Position numbers and translations under genes: made by a program. Positions 19,155 through 28,939 of a stretch of 64,000 nucleotides of DNA are shown in pieces (position 1 is the first letter of the stretch; the number at the start of each line of letters is the position of its first letter). Source of the DNA: Acidobacteriota bacterium (GTDB lineage: Bacteria > Acidobacteriota > UBA890 > WLXD01); the NCBI GenBank assembly GCA_963666055.2, contig CAXWPH010000015.1, positions 1,504,001 to 1,568,000 on the forward strand, in the 5' to 3' direction. Below the pieces are notes generated by a model. It ran no database searches, was not told the origin of the DNA, and saw only the letters and a program-made list of their open reading frames with translations.

Positions 19155-21098
19155 GTGTCGCGTGTAGAGAAGTTACTCGGAGCAGTCGTCGTCGCCGTGC
19201 TCACAATGCCCGGTAGCGCGGTGGTCCAGGCACAGGACGAGACGTCGAGGGGGGAGTGGCGGTCGTCCGGAGGCGACAGCGCCTACACGCGGTATTCGCC
19301 GCTCGATCAGATCACCCGCGACAACGTGAAGGATCTGCGGATCGTGTGGCGTCGCCCGGGTCTCGACCCCGAGTTCGCAGAGAAGTACCCGAGGCTACGA
19401 ACCGGCAATTATCTGCGCGCCACGCCGACGATGCTCGACGGGGTGCTGTACACACCCAACGCCGCCGGCCTGGTCGAGGCCGTCGACGCGGCCACCGGCG
19501 AGACGATCTGGCGCCAGGAGCCACCGCCAGAGATGGCGCAAGAGCGAAACTCGCAGAGCACACGGGGGGTGGATCACTGGGAGGGCGATTCACAACGCCG
19601 GCTGTTCTCGAATCGGAACGGCTACCTGTATGCGCTTGATTTGCGTACCGGCGAGCCATTTGCCGGGTTCGGCGACAACGGTCGGGTAAGCCTCACGCCG
19701 ACAGAGGCGCGCAACTTCCGCTGGACCTCCGGCCCGATCGTGGTGGGCGACGTTGTCGTTATCGCCGGCAACGTCGACGGCGCCGGTGACAGCGGCATGC
19801 GGTGGAGGGACAGCTTGTCGGAGGACGTACGCGGCTTCGACGTTCTCACCGGCCGGCTGCTCTGGACCTTCTACGTGGTGCCCCGCGAGGGTGAGTATGG
19901 TGCCGAGACCTGGGGCGACGACTCCCGAGCGCACTCAGGTGATCTTGGTTCCTGGTGTTGTGTGTCCGCTGACGAAGAGCTCGGCTACGTATACGTTCCG
20001 CTAACCGCTCCGACGGCGGCGTACTACGGCGGACACCGGCCCGGCGACAACCTCTTCTCCAACACCCTCGTGGTGCTCGATGCCAAGACCGGCGAGCGCG
20101 TCTGGCACTTCCAGATGGTGCATCACGACCTGTGGGAGTACGACACGGTGGGCCCGGCGACCCTGGGCGACATCACCGTTGACGGGCGGCGAATCAAGGC
20201 GGTCATGCAACCCAGCAAGACCGGCTACCTGTATGTCTTCGATCGCGCCACAGGTGCGCCCGTGTGGCCCATCGAGGAGCGCCCCGTGCCGCCATCCACC
20301 GTGCCGGGCGAGCACGCCGCGCCGACGCAGCCGTTTCCCACCAAGCCGCCACCGTTCGCGCGCGTCGGTTTGACCGAGGACGACTTCATCGACTTTACGC
20401 CGGAGCTGCAGGCGCGGGCGCGGGAGCTTGCCGAACAGTTCGTCATCGGTTCCATCTTCACGCCGCCCTCGCTGGTCAGCGACGAGCCGGGCGGCACCCA
20501 GGGGACCCTCATGGTGCCCGGCTCATGGGGTGCGGGAAATTGGAACACCGGCGCCTTCGATCCGGAGACCGGCTTCTACTATGCGGTCTCGCATGCGATT
20601 CCACGCGTCTATCGCATCGCCAAGACCGACGACGACGGCGCGGAGATGGACTACTGGAGCCCTAACCGCGAAGCGCCGTACATCGACGGCTTGCCCCTTA
20701 TCAAGCCTCCCTGGGGACGCGTCGTGGCGCTGGATCTCAACCGCGGCGAACACGTGTGGACGATCGCCAACGGCGATGGTCCTCGGGACCACCCACTCCT
20801 CGAAGGCCTCAACCTACCACCGCTGGGGATTGCCAGTCGACCGACGCCGCTGGTGACCAAGACCCTGCTGTTCATCGGTGACGGCAGCGACGTATTCGGC
20901 GGCATCCCGGAGCTGATGTATGGTCGCAAGTTCCGTGCCCTCGACAAGGCTACCGGCGAGGTGCTTTAGGAAACCGAGCTGCCGGCGGCGCAGACGGGTG
21001 GCCCGATGACCTATCTGGTCGGAGGCAAGCAGTTCATCGTAGTGGCCATCGGGGAGAGGGATCGGCCCTCGGAGTGGGTGGCGCTGGCGCTGCCATGA
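19155..21098 (+). pseudogene. PQQ-dependent (glucose/quinate-like) dehydrogenase with in-frame TAG at 20967-20969
   Basis: GTG start after GGAGG. YSPLDQIT, WHFQMVHHDLWEYD, PPWG motifs. After TAG the frame continues with the canonical C-terminus ETELPAAQTGGPMTYLVGGKQFIVVA..VALALP to TGA at 21096-21098. Confidence 0.8.
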
Positions 21099-21144
21099 CC
21101 CTCCATAGACTCAGGAGACGCGGCCGCCGCGCCGCGCCGTGTGG

Positions 21145-22398
21145 CTACTGCACCGCCGGGATCACGTGGTCGATGATTACCGACTGCGCCGAGTAAGACT
21201 GCTCGTAGATGTTCCAGGAGTTGACCACCGCCACGAGGTCGAGCTCGGGGACGATGATCAGCGACTGGCCGCCGTAGCCCGATCCGCCGTACTGCTTCGG
21301 GGCGTCACCGCTGCCGTCGTTCATGATCCACCACTGGAAGCCGTAGCCTCGCTTGCTGTCGGGGTTGTCGGGAGTGGCGAACGACACCCAGGGACGTGCC
21401 GATCTCTCTACCCAGCCCTCCGGGAGAAGGCGGACGCCGTCCCAGACCCCGTCCCGCATGAACAGATAGCCGATCTTCGCGAGATCTTCCGGCTTGAGGT
21501 ACAGGCCGCCCTCGGTGTCTTGGAGGCCGTCGGGAATCGCCTTCCAGTAGTAATCGGTGATGCCCAGCGGGCCGAAGAGGTATTCCTCGGCGTACTCCCC
21601 GACGTTGAGGCCGGTGGTGGCCTTGAGAATCGCCGACAGGATCATCGAGTTGCCGCTGTTGTAGACGAAGGTCTCTCCCGGCGCCGCCGCCATCGGCTTG
21701 TCGAGCACGAACTGCACCCAGTCTTCCGAGGCTTCGAGCTGCGCCGCGTCGTTGCCCATATCCGTATAGGGCAGCGTGAACTCGTCCCACTCGAAGCCCG
21801 GTCGCATGGTGAGCACGTCTTCGAGCGTGATCGTCGCCTTTAGCCCGTCTGGGTCGGGTATCTCCCGGTCCGAGAGATAGGAGAGCGCCGCCACTTCGGT
21901 GCCCTCGATCTCGCCCCGGTGGATGGCGATGCCGATCAGCGCCGAGGTCACGCTCTTGGTGATCGACTGGATCGTATGCACCTCCGACCCTTCACGGAAC
22001 GGGTGGTAGTCGGGGTTGTAGTAGTTGTATTGGTGTGGTTCCTGCTCGTAGCTGGAGTTGATCTCGACGTAGTCATGGTCATAACGGAAATCGGCGATTA
22101 CCCGCCCGTTGCGCGTCACCACCAGCGCATCGACGTTTCCGTAGGCTCCTACCGCCAGCTCAGCGTCGAGCGCTGCCAGCGCGGCACCGTCGACGCCTTC
22201 GTCCTCAGGTGTGGAGCGACTCTAGCCGTTGGTTGGCCAAGCAGTGGGTTCCGGGATCTCGGAGTCGCTCGCACCGCCGCCGGCGCATGCGGCCATCGCC
22301 GCGCAGGCGACGACTACCAGCAGATGGGGGTGCGCTGGCCGATGTCCGGCGATGCACCTGCTCGGGAAGACGGGTGGCGTTGAAACGCGCTCTTGCAT
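21145..22398 (-). pseudogene. Serine hydrolase (beta-lactamase class C-like) lipoprotein with in-frame TAG at 22222-22224
   Basis: SxxK (SITK), YNS, GYGFQWW, GYGGQ. The frame extends upstream through a TAG in WPTNG*SRSTPEDEG to a lipobox (MAAC) and ATG at 22398. Confidence 0.8.
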
Positions 22399-22493
22399 GG
22401 GTGATCTCGCTGGTCTGGGGGCAGGATGGGGTGCACCTTAGCATTCGGTCGGAGGTTGTTGCTGGGTTCCCCGGATGAGCCCAGGCGGGGCTG

Positions 22494-22662
22494 TTAGCAG
22501 GCCGTGGTGGAAGTGTCGCCCGAAGGGTTACGGCGATTTGGGGTCATCTGCGGCGTTGGCCCTCCTGGACGATGGCTGGAGCATTGCCGGCGTCAGGCCG
22601 CCTTCCAACTGGCCCCAACTCGCCGTAACCAGGCCCGCCACACTTCCACCACGGCCTGCTAG
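22494..22662. mobile_element. MITE-like element, short copy (TIRs plus hairpin module A)
   Basis: Perfect 22-nt inverted ends TAGCAGGCCGTGGTGGAAGTGT / ACACTTCCACCACGGCCTGCTA. Interior is the reverse complement of 61388-61503 with some substitutions. Confidence 0.85.
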
Positions 22663-22702
22663 TATCCAGCCAGCAACGACGATAGATACGATGGAGGCGA
22701 GC

Positions 22703-24475
22703 ATGGCGCACAACCGAGACGACGACGAGAGACGCTTTACTCGAGGGGAGTTTCTCGGCGTAGGGGCCGGCTGGGCGGCGGGAATCGGCGCCGCGTCGGC
22801 GGCCCTGGGCGCGGCCAGCTCGAACGCGAGCGCGGCGATATCTGGTAGCTCGCCCCATCGCGCCGCGGCCGCCCGCACGACACGGCGCACCGCCATGCCG
22901 GTGGATCTGATTGTGCGCAACGCTCGCATCTACACCGTCGACGACGCTGTGCCGGGCGCCGATGCCTTCGCCGTGTCTGGCGATCGCTTTGTGGCTGTTG
23001 GCAGCAACGACGACATCGACAACCTCGGTGGGCCTGGAGTCGAGGTAATCGACGCGGGTGGCATGACCGTAGTGCCGGGCTTCATCGATGCACACTCGCA
23101 TCCCGGCAGCGGCGGTCTGCGCGAGCTCAAGAGCGTCAACGTGGATCTGCGTAGCATACGTGCCATCCAGGACGCCCTACGTGAACGCTCCGAGCAGACG
23201 CCGGCGGGCGAGTGGGTGATCGGTTTCAAGTACGACGACACCAAGGTGAGCGACGGTCGCCAGCTGCACCGCCGCGATATTGACGAGGCGGTCCCCGATC
23301 ATCCGGTGCGCGTTACCCACAGGGGAGGCCACACGTCCTGGTACAACTCGAAGGCGTTGGAGCTTGCCGAGATTACCGCTTCGACCCCCGATCCGGAGCA
23401 CGGACGCTTCTTCCGGGAGGATGGCGAGCTTACCGGCCGGGTGGCCGAGCGGGCCAATGCCGTGTTCAGCGGCTTGATCACGAACGATGCAACGCGCCAA
23501 GACAGGCAAGCGGGCGTGGCGTTGATCACCCGATTGATGGCGCGGTCGGGTCTGACCTCGGTTCACGACGCCGGCTCGGGCGCGGCCGGCGCGACCGCCT
23601 ACCGCGACGCCTACCGGGCCGGCGAGCTGCGCTGCCGCGTTTACATGCTCATGCGCGGCGGAATCTACCAGGATGTCAAGGCGGCCGGGTTGTACTCCGG
23701 GTTCGGCGACGAGTGGTTCCGCCTGGGGGCGGTGAAGTTCGGTGCCGACGGCTCGGCGTCGGAGCGCACCATGGCCATGAGCACGCCGTACGTCGGTCGT
23801 CCGGATGACTACGGCATCCTGACGATGACACCGGAGGAGATCCACGAGGTCGTAGAGGACTGCCATCGCCACGACTTCCAGGTTGGCATCCACGCCAACG
23901 GCGACGTCGCCATCGACATGGTGCTCGATGCCTACGAGCGTGTGCAGCGGCTGTGGCCACGTCCCGACCCGCGCCATCGCATCGAGCACTGCTCGTTGGT
24001 GAATCCCGAGCTGCTCAGTCGCATCAAGGCGACGGGCTCGATCCCGACACCGTTCTACACATACGTGCATTACCACGGCAACAAGTGGGTGGAGTACGGT
24101 GAGGAGAAGATGCGCTGGATGTTCGCGCACCGCTCGTTCCTCGATTACGAAATCCCGGTGGCGGGGGCGTCGGACTATGTTCCGGGTCCCTTCGAGCCGC
24201 TCATGGCGATTCAGTCGTTGGTCACTCGCAAGGACTTCGACGGGCGCGTCTGGGGCCCGAACCAGCGCGTCAGCGTCGACGAGGCGCTACGCATCTGCAC
24301 CATTAACGGTGCTCACGCTTCGTTCGAGGAAACCGTCAAGGGCTCGATCAGCGCTGGCAAGCTGGCCGATTTCGTGATGCTGGCCGAGGATCCCCACGAC
24401 GTCGATGCCGATGCGATCAAGGAGATCGAGGTGACGCGAACCGTCGCCGGAGGTCGGACGACGCACCAGGCGTGA
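22703..24475 (+). CDS. Amidohydrolase 3 family (YtcJ-like) protein with Tat-like leader
   Basis: ATG after GGAGG. PGFIDAHSH, GGHTSWYNS, KFGADGS, IHANGD, HRIEHC, ASDY, GKLADF. Confidence 0.9.
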   Translation: MAHNRDDDERRFTRGEFLGVGAGWAAGIGAASAALGAASSNASAAISGSSPHRAAAARTTRRTAMPVDLIVRNARIYTVDDAVPGADAFAVSGDRFVAVGSNDDIDNLGGPGVEVIDAGGMTVVPGFIDAHSHPGSGGLRELKSVNVDLRSIRAIQDALRERSEQTPAGEWVIGFKYDDTKVSDGRQLHRRDIDEAVPDHPVRVTHRGGHTSWYNSKALELAEITASTPDPEHGRFFREDGELTGRVAERANAVFSGLITNDATRQDRQAGVALITRLMARSGLTSVHDAGSGAAGATAYRDAYRAGELRCRVYMLMRGGIYQDVKAAGLYSGFGDEWFRLGAVKFGADGSASERTMAMSTPYVGRPDDYGILTMTPEEIHEVVEDCHRHDFQVGIHANGDVAIDMVLDAYERVQRLWPRPDPRHRIEHCSLVNPELLSRIKATGSIPTPFYTYVHYHGNKWVEYGEEKMRWMFAHRSFLDYEIPVAGASDYVPGPFEPLMAIQSLVTRKDFDGRVWGPNQRVSVDEALRICTINGAHASFEETVKGSISAGKLADFVMLAEDPHDVDADAIKEIEVTRTVAGGRTTHQA

Positions 24476-25499
24476 GCTCCGGGCCCGCGGCGTGCGGCGC
24501 CTCGTCTTCGTGCGTCAGCTCGATATCGATGCCGTACCAGAGCCACTCGGAGGTTAGCCTCAGGCCCGCCGGCGACGCCGCCACGCCGAGCATGTGACCG
24601 CCCAGCTCGATCGTCTCGCTGACGCTCGAGGGCATGGTGATCGGGCGCAGCACGCTGTCGGGCAGACCGAAGCGGAAGCCCGTGTGCAGGATCTCCCGCA
24701 GCTTGGCCTCCATGTTGTCGGCGTTGAGCGCCAGGCCGCAGCGGAACATCTTGTCCTGTTCTGCGAGGATCTCGCGCACGTGCGCCCAGGATTCCTCGGT
24801 GGGCTCCGGTTGCACGTCGAGTCGCTGGGGAAAGCTGGGGTCGAGCACGAGGCTGCCGTCGACGGGCGTGATCCGGAAGTGTCCGTCGAGCTCGTAGTCG
24901 CGGGTGCGGACCGTGGCCGAGAAGGTCTCATCCACCTGGAAATCCCGGCACACGACGCTGATGACTGTGGCAGCGTCCCATTCGAACTTGATACGCGCCG
25001 TACCCGTGCCGCTTTCCACCTGCGCCGGTAGGTGCAGCGCGAAGCGGTTGTCGCTGTCTACGGTGATCGTCGGCTCGCCGGCGCGCAACGTGGCGCGGAT
25101 GTCGTTGATGCTGACGTGCAGCGTCCAGCGCCCGGCGCGGACGCGGATCGGTCCGATCCGCGTTCTTACCTCGTTGTCTTCCAGCGCCACGGTCCCGGGG
25201 CTGAAGTGCAGCTGCACGTCGTCGAGATACTGGGACGCGACCACCGTCAACAGCTCCTGCAGCATGCCGACGCGCAGCCGCACAACTACGTCGGCGGCCT
25301 CGAGCGCCTCGCCCGCCAGCATGATCTCGGGATCGAGCCGGGTGTCTACTGCCGATCGCAACGCGGCTACCTGTTGCCGCACGGCGGCGAGGGCCTCGTC
25401 GGGCTCGGACCTTGCGCCGCTCGAGCCGCAGCCGCCGGCCAGCAATGCAACCGCGAGGCCGGCGACGAAACGCGGGCGCGATCGCTGACGAACGCGCAT
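24417..25499 (-). CDS. Hypothetical beta-rich lipoprotein
   Basis: ATG at 25499 overlaps the upstream stop (TGATG). Lipobox LAGGC. No family recognised. Confidence 0.7.
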   Translation of the reverse strand: MRVRQRSRPRFVAGLAVALLAGGCGSSGARSEPDEALAAVRQQVAALRSAVDTRLDPEIMLAGEALEAADVVVRLRVGMLQELLTVVASQYLDDVQLHFSPGTVALEDNEVRTRIGPIRVRAGRWTLHVSINDIRATLRAGEPTITVDSDNRFALHLPAQVESGTGTARIKFEWDAATVISVVCRDFQVDETFSATVRTRDYELDGHFRITPVDGSLVLDPSFPQRLDVQPEPTEESWAHVREILAEQDKMFRCGLALNADNMEAKLREILHTGFRFGLPDSVLRPITMPSSVSETIELGGHMLGVAASPAGLRLTSEWLWYGIDIELTHEDEAPHAAGPELTPGASSDLRRRFASPRSP

Positions 25500-26299
25500 C
25501 AGGGAGGGCCTGGGGCGGCTGGAGCCTCGTCGTCGGCTGTCGCCGGCGGCGTGGCATCCACATCGACGTCGATAACTATCCATAGCCGCTCGTCCGCAGT
25601 CAGCACGCTGCCGACCCGTGCGGCGAGCGGCACGCGGATCGCGGGAATGGTGACGTCGTTGTCGTCTACTGCTGGCAGGTGGATGTTGCGCTCCAGAAGT
25701 ATCGGCACCGGTAGGTCGCCGAACAGCTGGTTGAACTCGTTTCCCTTGCGCGTCGCGAGCTCCGAGGCGAGCCGTGCCGCCGGGGCAGACCACCCGTCGA
25801 CGCTCACCTCATGCGCCTCGACAGCCAGGATCTCTACTCGGGCGAGCAGCACGCCCACGTCTTGATCGAGCCCGACGATCTGGAAGAGCCCGAACACCGT
25901 TGCATCGACGAAAACGCCCGGACGATCGACGAGCGATACGCGCCCGCCGAACTGCACCAGCGCCAGGCCGGTGCGGAAATCGACCTCGGCGCTGCGAAGC
26001 TGTACGTGGAAGCGATTAGCGATCGTCTCTTCGACCGGTAGCGTCGCCGTAAGCAACTCTGCCAGGGTGCGCTCGTGCACGACGATCATCATGTCGGCCT
26101 CGCCGAGCACGCTGCCGAAATCCAGGTTCTGGTAGCTCGACAGGCTGGCGAGCTCGCGCTCCAGCACGACGCGCTCCGCGTCGGCTCGAGGATCTGATTG
26201 GCAGGCGGCGGTCAGAAACGAGGCGGCCAACGGCAACAGGCAGGCGAGAGCGTGCGTCTGGCCTCGACCAACAGTGCCAGTTCCCACGCCCACCTGCAT
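25499..26299 (-). CDS. Hypothetical beta-rich lipoprotein
   Basis: Lipobox LTAAC. Translationally coupled to the next gene. No family recognised. Confidence 0.7.
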   Translation of the reverse strand: MQVGVGTGTVGRGQTHALACLLPLAASFLTAACQSDPRADAERVVLERELASLSSYQNLDFGSVLGEADMMIVVHERTLAELLTATLPVEETIANRFHVQLRSAEVDFRTGLALVQFGGRVSLVDRPGVFVDATVFGLFQIVGLDQDVGVLLARVEILAVEAHEVSVDGWSAPAARLASELATRKGNEFNQLFGDLPVPILLERNIHLPAVDDNDVTIPAIRVPLAARVGSVLTADERLWIVIDVDVDATPPATADDEAPAAPGPP

Positions 26300-26348
26300 A
26301 CCTCCGGGTCGCCGCTTCCTCGGTAGCTCGGTCTACCTTCAGGGCCGT

Positions 26349-28811
26349 CTATTGGATATACCCGAGTGCCCGCAGCTTCTCCAGCTCCTCGGCAGACATG
26401 CTCTCCGTCGATCCTTCCTCGATGCGCGCCGCCAACGCCGACTCGAGCCACATGTCGAGCTCCCCGGCGAGCTGCTCGACGACGTCGAGGTGGTCGCTGG
26501 CGACGTCGTTCTGATCGAGCGGGTCCTCATCGTAGTCGAACAGCTCGTACTCCGGGCGGTCGACGGGACGCTCGGTATTGTGAATCAGCTTCCAGCCGTC
26601 GGCAACGATCACGTAGCTTGCGGCCTCGTCCTCGAACAACTGCTCGCTGGCGTTCATCGCTCGCTCGGCGAACGCAGGTCGCGGGATCCAGCCGAGAGAG
26701 GTCGGAGCGTCTGGACGCGCCATCAGCGGCACCAGGCTCTGACCTTGTGCCTGCTGGGGTACCGGAATGCGCGCCAAGTCGAGCAGCGTCGGGTAGACGT
26801 CGATCGACTGCACCACGGTGCCGATGTGGCGCGCCGGGATCACGCCCGGCCAGGAGAAAAGTAACGGCACGTTGAGCATCTCGCCGTAGGCGGTCACACC
26901 GTGCCAGTGATGGCCGTGCTCGAGGAACTCCTCGCCGTGATCACTCATGAACACGATCAAGGTATCGTCGCGCCGCCCCAGCGCGTCGAGCTTCTCGAGC
27001 AGCCGGCCCATCTCGACGTCCATTGCCTTGATCGAGGCGTCGTACCAGTCGATCTCGGCATCGAGGAAGATGTCGGCGTCGACACCGGCTTCCGCCAGGG
27101 TCTCGACGCTCGGGAGCATCTGGCTCTTCATGAGCCCGGGCTCCATGATCTCCACGGCTGCCGCCAGGTTCTCGCGATGCTGCTCGGCCTCGGCGTCGTC
27201 CATGTACGTGCCGTCGTACGGCCCGTAGGGCTCGAATGGGCTGTGAGGATCGAAGACATGCAGGAACGCGAAGAAGGGGCTGTCGCGGTGCGCCTCCAGC
27301 CACGGCAGCAGCCGATCCACGAAGGTGCGCGCGGTCTTGGAGCCGCTGTGATCGAGGTCGCCGACCGAAGCGGCTTCGTGCAACACCTCGACGCCTTGAT
27401 GGAGGTTGGTCATACGCCCGGTGAATGGCACCGAGGAGGTATGGAAGGTGGCGTAGCCGGCCTGCTGGAAGACCTCGGCGAGCGTCGCCACCGACGACGG
27501 CAGGCGGTCCGGCGTATCGACGATCCCGTGGCTGCTGGGGTACAAGGAGGTCAAGATCGAGGCGACCGAGATCTTGGTCCAGGTTGCCTGTGAGACGTCC
27601 TTGGTGAATACGGCGCCCTCTTCGGCGAGCGCTGCCAGGTTGGGAGCGTTGTCGCGCTCCCCGCCGTGCCATGGAAGGTGATCGCGTCGCAGTGTGTCCG
27701 CCACGATCAACAACACCCCGCGCGGCGCTGGGGTATCGCCGGCGAGCTCGATACGTGCCTCCGAGGCGCGCGCCGTGCGGGTGACGTCGTCACGCTGGCG
27801 GATCACCGGGGTGCCCCAGTAGGCGATTGTGCCGTCGACCTCGGCGCTGGCCTGCAGGGCCAACGTGACGGATTCGCCAGCGAGATCGCGCAGGTCGATG
27901 GCAATCGGCTCCCAGCGGTCAGCCGTGGTCACCGTGTGCACGAGCAGCGCCGATTCCTGGTCTCCGGCGGTGACGTTGACTCGGAACGTCACCGGGTCGG
28001 GCTCGATCGTACCCAGGTGTAGCTCGAGCCAGGGTCGGGACGGCAAGTCCACAACGAAGGAGACGCGCTCCGGGGTTCGCGTCACCACGGTCTCGCGGAA
28101 GATGTTCGCTTGCCCCTGCCAACCGAGCCCGGATTCGACCGAGCGCAGGTGCTCGCGCCGCGAGACGATGCGGATCGACTCGATGGCGAATTCGGTGCCA
28201 TCGACGTCGGTCGGACGAAGCACGAGGTGGCGTATGCCCTCCAGGCGCAGTGTCGTGTTGAACGAGCTGCGCGTCGACAGCGCAAGGGTCTGCAGCTCAT
28301 CGCCGGGAATCAGCGGCGTGCTCGCCTGGGCACCTGCAATGCTGGCGGCTGCCCCCAGCGTCTGCTCCTCGTTGAGTGTCTCGTCGGAGGAAAAGCTGGC
28401 GCCGGTACGAGTTCCCGCCGAGACCCGCATGCGCAGCTGGATCTCATGAAGCTCGTCGCCGAGCGTCACGCCATCGGGGATGGCGACGACGAGCAGACCG
28501 ACATCGCCGGTGGTTCGCCCGACGAGAAGGCCGTCGCGCGTCTGCAAACCTCCGATCGCGCCAATGCCCCGCCAGCCCAAAGTTGTGCCGGCGGTGGAAT
28601 CTCCCGGCGAAGTTCCCGTGGCGAAGTCCCAGACGACCGGTTCGATTGGATCGGGCGTCGGCGTCCCTTCGACGGTCGCGTCTCCTATGCGGTCGACCAG
28701 CCGGATGGTGACGGGCTCCGACGACGAGTCGGCGCCGCAGCCGGTGATCACCACGACTGCAAGAACCAGGGTGAGGAGTTTCGGGCTAGGCCGACAGCGG
28801 GCTGTCGTCAT
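26349..28811 (-). CDS. Sulfatase-like lipoprotein with long N-terminal extension
   Basis: Lipobox ITGC. LLIVADTLRRDHL, WTKISVASILTSLYP, HVFDPHSP, YDASI, SDHGEEF, VPL, DVYPT, LRALGY. Confidence 0.85.
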   Translation of the reverse strand: MTTARCRPSPKLLTLVLAVVVITGCGADSSSEPVTIRLVDRIGDATVEGTPTPDPIEPVVWDFATGTSPGDSTAGTTLGWRGIGAIGGLQTRDGLLVGRTTGDVGLLVVAIPDGVTLGDELHEIQLRMRVSAGTRTGASFSSDETLNEEQTLGAAASIAGAQASTPLIPGDELQTLALSTRSSFNTTLRLEGIRHLVLRPTDVDGTEFAIESIRIVSRREHLRSVESGLGWQGQANIFRETVVTRTPERVSFVVDLPSRPWLELHLGTIEPDPVTFRVNVTAGDQESALLVHTVTTADRWEPIAIDLRDLAGESVTLALQASAEVDGTIAYWGTPVIRQRDDVTRTARASEARIELAGDTPAPRGVLLIVADTLRRDHLPWHGGERDNAPNLAALAEEGAVFTKDVSQATWTKISVASILTSLYPSSHGIVDTPDRLPSSVATLAEVFQQAGYATFHTSSVPFTGRMTNLHQGVEVLHEAASVGDLDHSGSKTARTFVDRLLPWLEAHRDSPFFAFLHVFDPHSPFEPYGPYDGTYMDDAEAEQHRENLAAAVEIMEPGLMKSQMLPSVETLAEAGVDADIFLDAEIDWYDASIKAMDVEMGRLLEKLDALGRRDDTLIVFMSDHGEEFLEHGHHWHGVTAYGEMLNVPLLFSWPGVIPARHIGTVVQSIDVYPTLLDLARIPVPQQAQGQSLVPLMARPDAPTSLGWIPRPAFAERAMNASEQLFEDEAASYVIVADGWKLIHNTERPVDRPEYELFDYDEDPLDQNDVASDHLDVVEQLAGELDMWLESALAARIEEGSTESMSAEELEKLRALGYIQ

Positions 28812-28906
28812 CAGATCTCTCCTGGCAGTGAGGTTGCTGGTATAGCGAGATCACCAAACCGGCACCCCGCGATTCTCTGGTGATGCATGGCTGGCGCAAG
28901 GGAGCG

Positions 28907-28933
28907 TCGCAGACCCTGTCGCCAGGCTACTAG
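28907..28933. repeat. Degenerate remnant of the MITE right arm
   Basis: TCGCAGACCCTGTCGCCAGG..CTACTAG resembles TCGCAAGACCCTGTCGCCAGAC..CTGCTAG at 61587-61636. Confidence 0.5.
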
Positions 28934-28939
28934 CATCGA

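Noticed and set aside
19155-22398. Genome-wide reassignment of TAG (to Trp or pyrrolysine)
   Set aside because: TAG is the evident true stop of many genes here (e.g. those ending at 12660, 14947, 17043, 19144, 21145, 26349, 33287/33290, 38611, 42601, 43102, 52970, 55267, 62632), and TGG is used normally for Trp. No pyl genes or suppressor tRNA are seen. Only local readthrough remains open.
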